From assembly GCA_001780895.1 (NCBI GenBank), contig MFJJ01000014.1:1-45297 (forward strand): DNA of 45,297 bases, in the 5' to 3' direction. Numbering within the stretch: position 1 is the stretch's first letter; every line of letters starts with the position of its first letter. The stretch is from Candidatus Gottesmanbacteria bacterium RIFCSPHIGHO2_01_FULL_46_14. GTDB lineage: Bacteria; Patescibacteriota; Microgenomatia; UBA10105; UBA927. The notes beneath the pieces were generated by a model. That model did no database searches. It was not told where the DNA came from and was given only the letters and a program-made list of their open reading frames with translations. Of this stretch, positions 27,093-37,300 are shown one piece after another. Both the position numbers and the translations under genes were made by a program.

Positions 27093-28387
27093 AAATTTTT
27101 AAATAATCGCTGTTGCTCCTCCCACAACTTCCAGGAACTACTCGTTGGAAGTGAAACAATGTCTTCAAGTGTTACTGCTTGATCTTTAGCGATATCTCTT
27201 TTGAGCATGAGGTCTTCGGCGAAGGCTATTGGAAGTAAATTCTCTTTTCTTGCAGTTTCTGCATTCTCGCACTCGCCATACACCGTAAAACCACCCATGC
27301 CATCGATAGTTTCACCGCTTTTGAGATCTTTTTTTGCAATCGTGACAACCTCAACATATGGTTTGTTTTTTGGAACGACAGCCCCATCACCAAAGATTAC
27401 AACTCTTGCAAGCGTCGTTGGTACTTCGAAATTACAGGTGTGGTAGGGCGTGTAGAAAAGATAGAGTGGCCCTTCGCCTATTTTATGAAGTGCCAAATAC
27501 TTCTTCTGAATCGGATCGTCTGTCGTTCCTAATACAAATACGCCGGATTTCGGCACGGTTCCAATGATGTAATCTACAAAACCCGGATTCTTGAGAATCT
27601 CTTCTGTCGGATATTGTTTTATAGCTTCTTCTAATGCTGTTCCCGCCGGTACAGTCGGTGCCCACATACCGCGCTTGGCAACACGAAATCCAGTTGCGTT
27701 TGCTACCACAGCCTGCTCAAATGATATTTTAGTTCCATCTGCAAACGAGGTAACCATGTGAGGCTTCTGCCCCCATTTTTCGGCAAACGCTTTCTGTGTT
27801 TCGGGAGTGCGATACGGATCTTGAAGCCCTTTTATATTTCCGCAAAAAACCGGAGTTAATCCAATTCCCCGAACAAATCTAAAGAGATTCATGGTAACTC
27901 CAGGCTGGTCCCCATCTGTATTTGTATAAATTACACCAGCTCGATCTGCGTAGACTTTAAGAATGGGACCCAAGGTTCCATCCAATTCCGCATTCATAAG
28001 AGCAACATGCTTTCTGTGCTTAAACGCTTCCAGAATAACTTCCAGCGCATAGTCAATCGTCCCGGTGACCTCGAGGATAATATCTATGTGTGAAGACCTA
28101 GCCAAAAGCATAGGATCCTCTGTGACGACATAGGTATTCTTTTCAATGGCACTATCGAGCTCCAGTTGTGAAGTAACAGTTTCTACTTGGCTCGCACCTG
28201 CGTCGAGATAGGCTTGTTTTGCTTTTTCTATGTGCCTGTTGGCAATGGCAACAAGCCGCATGCCTTTTGTATATTTGATAATTTGAAGTGCAATAGGCTT
28301 ACCCATAAACCCGGCACCAATCATCCCGACACGAATTGGGTTGCCTTCTGCTTCTCTTTTTTCTAGTGCGGTATCAACGAGAATCAT
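27089..28387 (-). CDS. NAD(P)-dependent oxidoreductase, homoserine-dehydrogenase-like with C-terminal SAF domain
   Basis: RVGMIGAGFMG, NAELDGTLGP, DGDQPG, SFADGTK, PYH, AKKDLKSGETIDGMGG (SAF); start placed at ATG 28387 (MILVD). Confidence 0.8.
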   Translation of the reverse strand: MILVDTALEKREAEGNPIRVGMIGAGFMGKPIALQIIKYTKGMRLVAIANRHIEKAKQAYLDAGASQVETVTSQLELDSAIEKNTYVVTEDPMLLARSSHIDIILEVTGTIDYALEVILEAFKHRKHVALMNAELDGTLGPILKVYADRAGVIYTNTDGDQPGVTMNLFRFVRGIGLTPVFCGNIKGLQDPYRTPETQKAFAEKWGQKPHMVTSFADGTKISFEQAVVANATGFRVAKRGMWAPTVPAGTALEEAIKQYPTEEILKNPGFVDYIIGTVPKSGVFVLGTTDDPIQKKYLALHKIGEGPLYLFYTPYHTCNFEVPTTLARVVIFGDGAVVPKNKPYVEVVTIAKKDLKSGETIDGMGGFTVYGECENAETARKENLLPIAFAEDLMLKRDIAKDQAVTLEDIVSLPTSSSWKLWEEQQRLFKNL

Positions 28388-28907
28388 AATTTGGAAAATG
28401 AGCGTCTTTCTCTGATATCTTCGTAATTTCAATTGGCCATCGGATTCCAAACGCAGGGTCGTCATATCGAACACCTGCTCGTGATTCCTGTTTGTAAAAA
28501 GCAGTCATCATATACCGAACTTCCACGTCACTTGTTAATGTAATAAAACCATGAGCAAAACCCTCTGGAATATAAAGCCCTTTACAAGAATCGTCACTCA
28601 GTTCTGTACTAAACCATTTTTTGTATGTTGCAGAATTTTTTCGTAAGTCAATGATGACATCGTAGATTCTGCCTTTTGTTATATACATTAATTTACCCTC
28701 ATCATTCGGGGATTTTTGATAATGCATGCCGCGGAGCGTCCCTCGTTGTTTTGTGTATGACATGCTTGACTGTACAAAATCTGTCTTCACGCCGTGTGTT
28801 TTAAACTCACTCCTATCCCATGTTCTGGCAAAAAATCCCCGATCATCTTCTCGTTTTTCGGTTTCGATAATGTATGCGCCGGATAATGGTGTTTTTATAA
28901 ATTTCAT
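28374..28907 (-). CDS. rfbC: NDP-4-keto-sugar 3,5-epimerase (RmlC/RfbC family)
   Basis: DDRGFFAR, GTLRGMHYQ, DVIIDLR, IPEGFAHGF, DDP...I.WP, ISEKD; start placed at ATG 28907. Confidence 0.85.
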   Translation of the reverse strand: MKFIKTPLSGAYIIETEKREDDRGFFARTWDRSEFKTHGVKTDFVQSSMSYTKQRGTLRGMHYQKSPNDEGKLMYITKGRIYDVIIDLRKNSATYKKWFSTELSDDSCKGLYIPEGFAHGFITLTSDVEVRYMMTAFYKQESRAGVRYDDPAFGIRWPIEITKISEKDAHFPNYDSR

Positions 28908-30127
28908 TGTATGGTTACTCTTGGAATTGCTGTTACAAATTTTCCTCCCCATTTGCGTACCGCCCGCATCTGTTCCATTACTTCTGTTTTTATATTCCAC
29001 GGTAAAATCAAAACGTAATCCGGGTGGGTCTTGGCAATTCTTTCCGGTTCATATATGGGTATTCGTACGCCCGGCAAAAAGTGCTTTTGCTTGTATGGAC
29101 TGGCATCGACGGTATAATCGATAAAGTCGGTTCGTACGCCGCAGTAGTTAAGAAACGTATTGCCTTTGGCAGGTGCACCGTAACCCACAATTGACTTACC
29201 ATTCTTTTTCGCTTCGATAAGAAATTTCAAAAACGCTTGTTTTGTTTTTTTAACCTTCTCTGAAAACTTCGTGTATGTTTCAGTTTTATGTAAGCCAAAT
29301 ACTATTTCTTTGCGAATCAATGCATCTATTCGCTTTGTCTTTTTTATGTCTTTATTTGCGCTATGACGGCCATAGATACGAAGAGACCCGCCATGTGTCG
29401 GGATTTCTTCAACGTCAAAAAGTGTCAGTCCGTGTTTGGCAAATACTTTTTGAACGGTCAGAAAAGAAAAATATGAATAGTGCTCGTGATAAATAGTATC
29501 GAACTGATTTTTTTCCATGAGTTTCATAAGATGCGGAAACTCCATAGTACATATTCCGTCTGACTTGAGAATTATTTTCATTCCTCCGACAAAGTCATTA
29601 AGATCAGGTACGTGAGCGAGGACATTGTTACCGATCAACAGATCTGCCTTTTTAAGCTTTCTTGCTGTATCGCGCCCGAAAAATTCTGTAACCGTACGAA
29701 TACCCTTTGCTCTGGCTGCAGCTGCCGTGTTCTTGGTTGGTTCGACTCCAAGAACGGGAATTCGTTTTTCTCTAAAATATTGCAGGAGATATCCATCATT
29801 TGATGCAAGCTCAATAACAAGATTTGATTTATTCAGACCAAACCGTTTGGTCATCGTCTCTACATAATCTTTTGCATGAGCAAGCCAGGAAGACGAATAC
29901 GAAGAAAAATATGCATAGGTATCTGTAAATATTTCTCCTTCTGTTCGGTGTTCGGGAAGTTGGACAAGCCAGCACTTCGTGCAGACAAACACGTGAAGTG
30001 GGTAAAACGACTCTCTGGTATCCTTCTCCGAAAACGGAATATAGTCATTTGCTACAGGAGAAAGCCCCAAATCCACAAAGGTTTGAGAAAGGCGTGCGTT
30101 GCAAAACCGGCATGTAAGTTGTTTCAT
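28904..30127 (-). CDS. NDP-sugar C-methyltransferase (Zn-binding, C3-methyltransferase family)
   Basis: CRFC...CTKC Zn site, ELASNDG, NVLAHV, FDTIYHEH, THGGSLR, GYGAPAKGNT, ILPWN. Confidence 0.88.
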   Translation of the reverse strand: MKQLTCRFCNARLSQTFVDLGLSPVANDYIPFSEKDTRESFYPLHVFVCTKCWLVQLPEHRTEGEIFTDTYAYFSSYSSSWLAHAKDYVETMTKRFGLNKSNLVIELASNDGYLLQYFREKRIPVLGVEPTKNTAAAARAKGIRTVTEFFGRDTARKLKKADLLIGNNVLAHVPDLNDFVGGMKIILKSDGICTMEFPHLMKLMEKNQFDTIYHEHYSYFSFLTVQKVFAKHGLTLFDVEEIPTHGGSLRIYGRHSANKDIKKTKRIDALIRKEIVFGLHKTETYTKFSEKVKKTKQAFLKFLIEAKKNGKSIVGYGAPAKGNTFLNYCGVRTDFIDYTVDASPYKQKHFLPGVRIPIYEPERIAKTHPDYVLILPWNIKTEVMEQMRAVRKWGGKFVTAIPRVTIQ

Positions 30128-31140
30128 ACCCAAAGTAAATTTTCGTTTAATAGGCCTGTGCTTTTTAGATGGTCAATCATTTTAAGACGTGTATATTGTT
30201 CGGATAAGAATGTTTTCTTACTCATTTCGATCGATTTAAAAACCTCTTTTAACTCTCTTACACCTGTTTCGACATTACGAAGAGCTCTAAAGCCAAGAAC
30301 GCGCGCAATCTTATCAAAATTTACTCGGTAATTTCTCTTGTCAGCCCCTTGTTTATTGAGGGTTATCTTGGACACGTCAAAAACTTTTCCAATAATTTCG
30401 GCAATTTCTTTGATTTGGTAATTAGATCGTGTATCTCCGACGTTCATAATCTGACCGGAGACCTTCTCTTTTGGCGCTGTGAGAGCCAGAAGAAATGCTT
30501 GGCAAACATCCAGAATATGAACAAACGGTCGCCATGGTGTTCCGTCGCTGTCCATTTTCACTTCTTTGGTTGTCCATGCTAATCCCGCCAGATTATTGAC
30601 GGCCAAATCAAAACGAATTCGCGGCGACGGGCCATACACCGTCGCATTCCTGAAAATTATGGGAGTAAATATATCACTTGCTCTCGTTATCAGATATCGT
30701 TCATTAAGAACCTTCGATTTTGCATATGCAGTCAACGGATTGGTTGATGACGTTTCATCACTGACATTGTCCGATGCTCCATATACGCTACAGGAAGATG
30801 AATAAATAAATCTCGGAACTGCCGCCTTTATACATTGGTCGATCAAGTTGACGGTTCCTTTGTGATTAATTTCGTAGGTAAGTTCCGGATTGTTCTGACC
30901 CAGCGGATCGTTGGACAATTCAGCCAGATGAATAACTGCATCAAAGCCCGAAACATCCGAAACCGTAACTTGCCTAATGTCTTTTTTGATAAAAGACTTG
31001 AGTTTAAACGGCTTACCGTATAGCCAACCTTCGTTATAATATTCGGTATCTAGACCCGTGACCTTGTGGCCCGCCGCTATCAGCGCTTGCGCCATCTGAG
31101 TACCAATATATCCTCCTGAACCAGTGAGTAAAATGTTCAT
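30124..31140 (-). CDS. NAD-dependent epimerase/dehydratase (extended SDR)
   Basis: TGSGGYIG, HLAELSNDP, SSCSVYG, YAKSK, RNATVYG.SPR.RFDL, WRPFVH. Confidence 0.85.
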   Translation of the reverse strand: MNILLTGSGGYIGTQMAQALIAAGHKVTGLDTEYYNEGWLYGKPFKLKSFIKKDIRQVTVSDVSGFDAVIHLAELSNDPLGQNNPELTYEINHKGTVNLIDQCIKAAVPRFIYSSSCSVYGASDNVSDETSSTNPLTAYAKSKVLNERYLITRASDIFTPIIFRNATVYGPSPRIRFDLAVNNLAGLAWTTKEVKMDSDGTPWRPFVHILDVCQAFLLALTAPKEKVSGQIMNVGDTRSNYQIKEIAEIIGKVFDVSKITLNKQGADKRNYRVNFDKIARVLGFRALRNVETGVRELKEVFKSIEMSKKTFLSEQYTRLKMIDHLKSTGLLNENLLWV

Positions 31141-31142
31141 AG

Positions 31143-31712
31143 CTAATGCGTTTTTTCAAGGAAAAAAAGATTGTTATGCATAAACAGATATGAATTACTG
31201 TGTTCGACCTTAACAATTTTTAAACCGAATTTACGAAATAGCTCTACCCATTCCGCTTCGGTCTTATTGCTGTGCGGGTGACCGATAAACTCCTTGTTCA
31301 GTACACTGTCAATCACGTATGTATAAAATCTTTGGAATACGTTCGTAACGATATCTTCATAAATCACGAGACGCTTGGAAACTCTTGCCGCTTCAGCCAG
31401 AACCGCGCGTGGGTCCGGTGTATGATGAAGTACCGCAAACAAAATGCAGGCCGCAAACTGATTTTCTTGATATGGAAGATTCTTACCGTTATAGATATGC
31501 GATGGAGCAGTATAATAATAGCTTCTATTTTTGATATCCACCGGCTCCATGCGGTAGCCCAATCTGAGAAAAGCTTTTGTAAAAAGCCCGGTACCTGCTC
31601 CTAAATCCAGAATTGTTCCTTTTTTTGGTAAAAACGGAACGATCCTGGAAACCTCCCAATTAACGCGAGATCCAAATATCGTTTCTCCAATGATTGCTCT
31701 CAATTTTTTCAT
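31143..31712 (-). CDS. Class I SAM-dependent methyltransferase
   Basis: ILDLGAGTG, VDI, LPY....F, VLHH.PDP..VLAEAARV. Confidence 0.85.
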   Translation of the reverse strand: MKKLRAIIGETIFGSRVNWEVSRIVPFLPKKGTILDLGAGTGLFTKAFLRLGYRMEPVDIKNRSYYYTAPSHIYNGKNLPYQENQFAACILFAVLHHTPDPRAVLAEAARVSKRLVIYEDIVTNVFQRFYTYVIDSVLNKEFIGHPHSNKTEAEWVELFRKFGLKIVKVEHSNSYLFMHNNLFFLEKTH

Positions 31713-31716
31713 ATGA

Positions 31717-32493
31717 TCATTTCCAAACCTTCCACAGGGCTTTTCCTGACACCCATTGTTCTTCTAAAATCATTTTGTCTCTTAGCGTATCCATATTTTG
31801 CCAATAGCCGTCGTATTTAAATACACTAAGCTGACCTTCGTGCGCTAGGGTCTGAAGCGGTTCTTTCTCCCAGATCGTTGCATCCCCTTGGATATAATCA
31901 AATACCGATGGCTCAAGCACAAAATACCCACCATTTATCCATGCCCCATCTCCTTTGGGCTTTTCCTTAAAGGTCACTATTTTGGACTGATCCTCTGAAA
32001 GAGCAAAAGCTCCAAATCTACCCGGAGGCTGGACAGCAGTCATAGTTGCGAGTGTACCCTGCTTTTTATGAAATGCTATAAGCTCTGTTATATTAACGTC
32101 AGTCACACCATCTCCATAGGTAAAACAGAACGTTTCACTCCCTATGTATTCCTTAATTCTCTTAAGTCTTCCACCTGTCATGGTATCCTCCCCGGTCTCT
32201 ACGAGCGTTACGCGCCAAGGTTCTGCGCCATTTCTATGAATTTTTGTGTTGTGACTCGTCAGATCGAACGTCACATCAGAGCGATGAAGGTGATAATTGG
32301 CAAAATACTCTTTAATATAATGACTCTTATACCCACAACAAATGACAAAATCATTTATCCCATAGTGGGAATATATTCTCATGATATGCCAGAGCATGGG
32401 TTTGCCTCCAATTTCCACCATTGGCTTTGGCCGAACGCCTGTTTCCTCAGTAAGTCTTGTACCGAAACCACCTGCTAATATAACTGCTTTCAT
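31717..32493 (-). CDS. rfbF: Glucose-1-phosphate cytidylyltransferase
   Basis: MKAVILAGGFGTRLTEET..RPKPMVEIGG, TMTGGRLKR, TYGDG, EKP, WINGG, WQNMDTLRDK. Confidence 0.92.
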   Translation of the reverse strand: MKAVILAGGFGTRLTEETGVRPKPMVEIGGKPMLWHIMRIYSHYGINDFVICCGYKSHYIKEYFANYHLHRSDVTFDLTSHNTKIHRNGAEPWRVTLVETGEDTMTGGRLKRIKEYIGSETFCFTYGDGVTDVNITELIAFHKKQGTLATMTAVQPPGRFGAFALSEDQSKIVTFKEKPKGDGAWINGGYFVLEPSVFDYIQGDATIWEKEPLQTLAHEGQLSVFKYDGYWQNMDTLRDKMILEEQWVSGKALWKVWK

Positions 32494-32499
32494 ATATGC

Positions 32500-32529
32500 A
32501 TTATAACTTATTATATAGGTCTATTTCAA
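32500..32529 (-). promoter_or_regulatory. Internal promoter for rfbF (probable leaderless transcript)
   Basis: Minus strand TTGAAA (32529-32524), 18 nt, TATAAT (32505-32500), 6 nt, ATG. Confidence 0.55.
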
Positions 32530-33413
32530 CTCTTGGTTGAAATATTTACTTTCCATAATGGCGACCGCGCATCACTATCTCTCCTTTGTGTTAGCTTGGC
32601 ATACGCCAATATGCCTACATACAAAAAGACATGGATAGGATGAGTAACGAGTTCCTTGAGGATCGCTTTAAACTGAATAATCGTAGGCACCATATATTCT
32701 CTTGCAATCGACGTGTCAAAATATTGGCTCAGCTCCTCACTGGAATAAAGAAACCGTTGGCTCTGCCGAAGGTGTTCGCTCATGTGTTTAGGATTTTCGA
32801 TAAATACCCTTGCTTCTTTGACCCATACAAATTTGCCTCCCAGGCGTTTATTTTCAAAATATAGATACGCATCAGCGTTGACGATATTGTCCGGAACGGT
32901 CATTTTTTTGAAATGTTGTGTACGGAATGCGAGACAACGACCATTTGCCAGAAGATAGTTGTCGCCGCCTCTCCATGCAGTTCCTATAGTTGTAGTCCCG
33001 CGTAACCCAACATCAATAATCCGCTCAAATTGCGACTGCGCAGTCTCGGCGAGAACATTTGCACCAACCATCGTTACCTTTGGATTATCTTTAAACCGTT
33101 TCACTATCGCCGCAAGAGTTCCCTGGTCAAAACGAACATCATCGTGAGTAATAATGACAATATCTGTACGGATGTGTTCGACCATTTGTTTAACTTTATA
33201 CATCTGACTTCCTGGCTTTTTGTTCTCTACAAGTTTCACTCCTAAAGAGGAAAGATTGCGCTTTATTCCATCTGAAATAGGTTTCGAATCTGCGCGTACT
33301 ACTATCGAAAACGATCCGCACTGGCGACTTCGTCGAATACTTCGAATAGTTGATTGGAGAGATTTGCCTCCATAACAGGTTGGAATGGCTATGGTACAGG
33401 TAAGTTTTTTCAT
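32526..33413 (-). CDS. GT2 glycosyltransferase
   Basis: IAIPT, ITHDDV, YLLANGRCLAF, NADAYLY, QSQRF. Confidence 0.8.
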   Translation of the reverse strand: MKKLTCTIAIPTCYGGKSLQSTIRSIRRSRQCGSFSIVVRADSKPISDGIKRNLSSLGVKLVENKKPGSQMYKVKQMVEHIRTDIVIITHDDVRFDQGTLAAIVKRFKDNPKVTMVGANVLAETAQSQFERIIDVGLRGTTTIGTAWRGGDNYLLANGRCLAFRTQHFKKMTVPDNIVNADAYLYFENKRLGGKFVWVKEARVFIENPKHMSEHLRQSQRFLYSSEELSQYFDTSIAREYMVPTIIQFKAILKELVTHPIHVFLYVGILAYAKLTQRRDSDARSPLWKVNISTKS

Positions 33414-34312
33414 AGTACGATCGCTTTTCTAGCAGATTGCGCCATCTCCCATTTTTTTGACCGTACCCCATTATCCCGTCGTGGGAATACCCTCACGAGA
33501 ACATTCAATACCACTGCTCCTGATGTATAGAATGGACTACGAATGAACGTTTTCGCCATACCCAACATCTTGTACTTCAAAGGAATTTCGTAAAGACTGT
33601 CGAGATTTTTCCCTAAATATTTGGTCGCCTTATATCGACGGTAAAATATTGCCCTGCTACTGAGAGACCAAAAATCGTGTAGCGTATCCGGAGCTCTATA
33701 CAAAATCTTAGCCTCATGCACGTACCGGAAAGCACCGAGCTGTTTTGCCTTTATATACAAATAGCCCTCATCCGTATTTAAGTCAGCGGGATACCTCACC
33801 GTTTGAGCCACAATTTTTCGCATAGCGGTAGACCCCCCCTGTAAGTTGTGTGGATGATCTCCATCATTAACATGGATTCTCGATTCTATCCAAAACAAGT
33901 CTGCAGCTCGAGAAATATTTCCGATCACCGAATCAGATACAACTGGTTCTATATGAAAAACAGCAATGCCTACGGTTGGATCTTTAAAAACATTGATGAT
34001 TTTTTCAATCGCGTGATTTTCTGCAATAACGTAATCTGCATCAAGAGTAATGAGTATGTCGCTTTTGTTCATTGAATAAATCTGATTGAGAGCAGACATT
34101 TTTCCATCGCGCTTTTTTTGTTCAATAACATGGGCTCCTGCTGACCGAGCTATTTTTGCGGTATCATCGGTACAACCACTACACACCACCACAATTTTTT
34201 CGATCGTAAAATTATTGCCTTTTTGTTTACGAACCGATGAGAGCAAATTCCCAATGTTAACAGCTTCATTATGTGCTGGAATGCCAATGGTGACTGTCAA
34301 TCGCTTTTTCAT
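33410..34312 (-). CDS. GT2 glycosyltransferase
   Basis: IGIPAHNE, SGCTDDT, GK..ALN, TLDAD, TDEGYLY. Confidence 0.82.
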   Translation of the reverse strand: MKKRLTVTIGIPAHNEAVNIGNLLSSVRKQKGNNFTIEKIVVVCSGCTDDTAKIARSAGAHVIEQKKRDGKMSALNQIYSMNKSDILITLDADYVIAENHAIEKIINVFKDPTVGIAVFHIEPVVSDSVIGNISRAADLFWIESRIHVNDGDHPHNLQGGSTAMRKIVAQTVRYPADLNTDEGYLYIKAKQLGAFRYVHEAKILYRAPDTLHDFWSLSSRAIFYRRYKATKYLGKNLDSLYEIPLKYKMLGMAKTFIRSPFYTSGAVVLNVLVRVFPRRDNGVRSKKWEMAQSARKAIVL

Positions 34313-37300
34313 ACAGATGTCCTCCGGGCAATCGTGTACGCAAATACAGATTGTTTAGCGTTTGCAAGCTCGTCCATAACAACGTGATGCAATCGGTCAG
34401 CACTTTTTTCCCAACTAAAATTTTGTGCCCATTCAGTGGCATTTTTCGACCAAGCCCGACGGTCACCGGTACTCGTTATCATCCGCTCCATGGCTCCGAC
34501 AAATGAAAGGACATTTCGGGGCTGAACTAACAGTCCTGTCTTTTCATCGACGACCGAGTCCCGTAGCCCATAGACATTAGATGCGATGACGGGCGTACCG
34601 CAGGCATTCGCCTCAATAACCGTCAGTCCCCAGCCTTCAAATGAAGACGGCTGGATTGCCGCCCAATGCCGACTATAAAGCCGTACTTTTTCTTCCTCAT
34701 CTACTTTGCCCATAAATGAAACCGATGTTGTCAAATCAAACTCTTTTATTAATGCACGAAGTGCATCTATACTTTCTCCTTCTCCTGCAATGGTCATTCG
34801 TGCGGTCTGGTGAAACTTTCGTACTGTCGCAAAGGCACGTATCGCCACGTCGATATTTTTATATTGTTTGAGCCTTCCTAAATATAAAAATGAGGGAAAT
34901 GTGGTTTTTTTCGACTTGGTATTATAAAGAGACAAGTCAACTCCAGGGCTTACAATATCTATTCGTGCATCTTTCCCATACTGTAGATGAGCAAGTATTT
35001 CAGCCTTTGACGATTCGGAAACAGTAACGATTCTGGATCCTCTATAAACCAGAGGTGCAATTCTGGATTCTATAAACGCTGCGATAGAAGAGAATGGAAA
35101 TTTAAGATGCTCCCGAAATACCTGCTGGTGCACGTGATAAATAACCGTGATCGTGGGAATCCGGGCATAGAGCGGAGCAAAAAACGGAATTCCGTTTTGG
35201 CTATCGATAATAACGTCAAACTTACCCCTGAATCTAAAAACATAGTAAAGCATTGCCCACAGATAGACCGTATAAAATCCACCGCGACGCACAACCCGAA
35301 CTCCATCGATAACCTGGTTTCTGCTGTGTTTGCCATCATTGCCACAAAAGATGGTCACCTGGTTACCTGAAGCAACCCATCGCTTGGCAAGCTCGTGAAC
35401 GTAGACTTCCGCTCCTCCTGCCCATGTATGCCTCGTATCGCGCCAATTGAGAACCAAAATCCGAAGCGCAGCTCCTGCGGTGCGTTGTTTGGGAAATTCG
35501 GAGAACAACCCTAAAAAGTCACCGATGTTTCGAATAAAAACTCGTATCGGCTCGAGGAATACATGAGTAAAAGCTACCGCGTTTACAAATGCGAGAGAGG
35601 AAACAAGAAGAACATGCACAATTGCATCAAGTGATCCGTGACTCAACGTAATTCCCACTATTGCACCCGCACTTGCCACAAAACTCATCGCAGAAAATAC
35701 ATAGTTATGCCGAATCTGATGATACGTCACGATTGTTGATGCAACAGTAAAGAACGCATAAGCTATCGCGTACTCAGGGAGAAGATGGACAATGGAATTT
35801 GCACGCTCACCAAACAGCAGTGGCGCGGTAATATACCCATATACCCCAAAGGCTAAAACACCAATTCCTGAAGCGATCATAGTTAGTCCTAAAAGAATCC
35901 GGAACTGTCGCTTCCCTTTTCCTCCTTCTCCAACCCTTCTGCTCACCAAGGGAACGATAAACTGCGAAAATAGCGAACCAAAAAAGAAAATCATTTTCCC
36001 CGATAGGGACAACAGTGCATATTGTCCCGCCTCTATCGGCGTTACGAAGAGTCGGACCATGAGAAAATCAAGCCCCAAAAACGCAGCAGATGAAGAACGG
36101 ATCAGTATCGTCGAGGCAAAAAACCGCCTCGGAAATCCACCATCTTTCGGATCCACAACCCGCTTTTGATCTTGGCTGGAAAATCTTACCGATAACCATC
36201 GCACCACGGCAAAAGAACAAACAATTGATAAGGGAATAGCAGCATACACAAGAAGCGATATCCCAGTCTCGACACCCAAAATAGCAAACACGAGCTTTGA
36301 AATTGCTTCGGTAATAAGCACAACAGACACTAACGTAAACTGCTGGGAACCGCTCAAATATCCTCCGTCGACGGAAGCAAGCAAACCAACCATAACAACA
36401 GGCGTAAAAAGCACGATTGGTGCAAGCGAATTGAGATGAAGCACTGTTGAGATTACCGGAATCCCGCCAATCCAAATTCCTGTAGCAAACAGCGAAACAA
36501 CGAGAGCTTTATGGCGTACGGTTTTCCAAAATTCAGTAGCCGGACCATCATATCTGCCCATCAGATATGCACTTTTGTGAGTAACCGTCATTGAAACTGC
36601 ACTAAATGCTATCTGGGCGGCATAGAGAAGACTTCCGATAAGACCGATAACACCAAAATCCTCGAGGCTCAATTTTCTTCCCAGGTAGGCATTATAGACA
36701 AAATTAAGCAGATTTCCCAATACTGAAGCCGCGATCAAAAGGACCGCTGGTGACAAAACGGGAGCAAAATTCCAACGCCTGGCTGCTTTTGCAGATTTAG
36801 GAGCAACGGCAAAAATTTTCTTCTTTGCTTTGTCCAAGTGGAATCCGTGGTTTGTCTTTTCCCAGTAATGGGGCTTAACGATAAGCTGTACCATGGCAAT
36901 CGTTGCAGCGACAGATACCATCAACCAGTAAAACGGCACGAGAAAAACATACTTAATGACGCTCCAGTGTCCTGCCCGGGCAGCACCAATCATGTAGTAA
37001 TAGATAAACAGGAAGTTTCCGAACACCAGAGACGTGACGGCCATATAGAAAATGACCGTCGGATAGAGCGATTCGATCGTCGGACCGACAAACGCGTAGA
37101 GAGTAAAATACGAAATTGTGGCAAGCCACAAAAAAGGATTGATGAACATAAACGCGATCTTGCCCCCAATGGTCAATTGAAAATACAAAGCATGAATGCC
37201 GTGACGCGAAACAAAACGGAGAGGATAGCGCATATGGACTAGATACGTCTGGAGATACCCTTTGATCCATCGGGATCGTTGCCTCATCCAATTTCCGAAT

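Noticed and set aside
30165..30185. AATCATTTTAA half-match to the 22-bp palindrome
   Set aside because: Left arm absent and it lies inside a coding sequence; likely chance.
32340..32357. AAATGA-CAAAA-TCATTT inverted repeat resembling the palindrome core
   Set aside because: Spacing is 5 rather than 6, the arms are short, and it lies inside rfbF.
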